DNA of 64,000 nucleotides from Oculina patagonica (Eukaryota): NCBI RefSeq assembly GCF_052425735.1, contig NC_135769.1, positions 9,858,001 to 9,922,000 of the forward strand, read 5' to 3'. Shown piece by piece: positions 62,501 to 64,000 of this stretch (position 1 is its first letter; each line of letters starts with the position of its first letter). The notes under the pieces were generated by a model. It saw only the letters and a program-made list of their open reading frames with translations, ran no database searches and was not told where the DNA came from. The position numbers and the translations under genes were made by a program.

Positions 62501-63978
62501 CGTCTTCATGTGATTCAATGATCCATTTCCACGCTCTTTTTTATTAAAATAACGTGACAGTCCTAAAAGGCCTAGTGCTAATTTCTGACAAATCCCTATA
62601 AGCGGCCAACCTGTATTCAGCGGCCATTTGCCATTTCTCCGAGGGTGGTCGCTTATTAATAAATAGGATCTCTAAGGTTATTCTTGGTTTCTTTGTTTTC
62701 AACAGGAGAGCTGGGCTACAGTAAATACAGCAAATCGAAAGTCACAAAAGGTTTTCACAACTGGTTGCAGTTCTTTTCAGAGAGAACAGCAGGGCGGCTG
62801 GCATATTTTCCTCCACCTGTTATGAAAGATGCTTTCCGTGAGGTAATTTAAATTTATTCTGTTTATTCCTGATTATAAAAATAATCTTAAGCCTCCGCTT
62901 ATTTATAAACTGTCACTCTTACATAGAGTGGAACCCCGCCTAATGGCCGCCCTTTTAATACGGCCAACTCGTTATTACGGTCACTTTTTTGTCCCGGCGA
63001 AAGGCCCATGCATTTTCTTATAATAAAACCCCGTTAATGCTGCCACCTCGTTATTATGGCCAACGACCAGATTCTGAAATCTCAACCTGTATAATCCTCT
63101 ATTTTCTGTAATGGAATCTATTTGTTTTATATAATAACACACCCTTCAGTGTGAGCAATGCCGCTACCCGTGAGCTAAGTTGTTTTCATTTCACCGCGAT
63201 AAAGTTTCCGTAACCACGTAGCACTTTTCAACCGAATAATTAAACAGAAAAATGGTAAATTGAAAGACAATGAAAAAACTAACCTTTATTCCGATTTGGA
63301 AAGTTGTTCAAATCTGTAAGCATTAACCTAAGTGTTCAACCACTATTCATCAGCATTCATTTGTTTCCCGTGGCGTCTCAGTCCAACTGTAAAACATCGG
63401 TCAAACACTTTCATACAGATTACGATGATTTCTCGAATAATTCACTGTCATTTCTTTGTGGGTCACTGTAGATTTGTAATTAAGCTTAATTTTTTTGCTT
63501 TGTTGTGGCCCCGCGAGTTTGAAAATCTTTGCCGAGAACTCTGATTTGGACTATGAACTCTAATCACGCTCGCGAGTCACACCACCGCGTGACGTCATCT
63601 ATGTGTCTGTACTCTAATAGATCATAAGTAAGAACCAATCAAAATGCGCGTAGAATTCAGGTTATTATATATAATCTGGGATAACAAGAAAGCGAAGCAG
63701 AATGGTCTCATTCCACGTCCTTTTATAACCGTATTACATTTCTTCTCTTCCCTCAGCCTGCATACATCAGGGCCAAGTTTCAATGGAAAGGGAACAAGAA
63801 GCCCCCAGGCAGCAGTTTCTTTGTGGGTACCAGTCCGGATTTCGAAATGGCTTTGTACACCGCGTGCTTTTTTGAAGCGTCTAAATGCACGTACAAAATC
63901 AATGGAAAACGCCTGAGTATAACATCCATCAACTTCAGGAACAAAGGAAATGTTCTCACTGCATACCCAAGCATGTGA
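59545..63978 (+). CDS. ENDOU: Secreted EndoU/XendoU-family uridylate-specific endoribonuclease, 6 exons: 59545-59627, 60575-60744, 61365-61522, 61982-62084, 62706-62842, 63757-63978 (~290 aa)
   Basis: In-phase GT-AG exons. Signal peptide MNRYCLIFAILSSVFGMSLC, ALLDNY, SSGFEHTFVGE, GFHNWLQF, KKPPGSSFFVGTSPDFEMALYTACF, TAYP. The exon 3 donor is the least certain boundary. Confidence 0.9.
63110..63671 (+). mobile_element. Second copy of the 7949-8561 element, palindromic head mostly deleted
   Basis: Colinear high similarity from aatggaatctatttgttttatataataacac to aatgcgcgtagaattcaggttattatata. Confidence 0.9.
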
Positions 63979-64000
63979 AATATCGCAGGGAAAAAAAGGT

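Overview
AT-rich, intron-containing eukaryotic DNA. Gene content and repeat types suggest an anthozoan, probably a stony coral (inference). All exon boundaries were read by hand from GT/AG sites and checked for phase. Genes: the 3' six exons of phosphatidylserine synthase 2 (+, 2909-14432), whose introns hold an antisense single-exon SAM methyltransferase and probably the Ty3/Gypsy pol at 1-2052; a disrupted rhodopsin-class GPCR; a complete 7-exon choline/ethanolamine phosphotransferase (-, 22965-34145); an intact single-exon GPCR; a complete 10-exon, ~1636-aa DUF4062-NACHT-WD40 STAND NTPase ending in a Cys cluster plus CaaX box; and a complete 6-exon signal-peptide EndoU ribonuclease. The rest is dense in MITEs (hAT-, piggyBac-, Kolobok-, Tc1/pogo-like), SINEs, a Penelope-like remnant and minisatellites. 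The most notable signal is a ~300-nt circularly permuted, TSD-flanked retroelement combining a hammerhead-ribozyme core with an internal tRNA-like Pol III cassette. It occurs as two independent insertions, and the window has further hammerhead-like motifs. Also notable: the Gypsy copy has a dead integrase (E->K) and a 153-bp inverted self-duplication replacing most of its 3' LTR.
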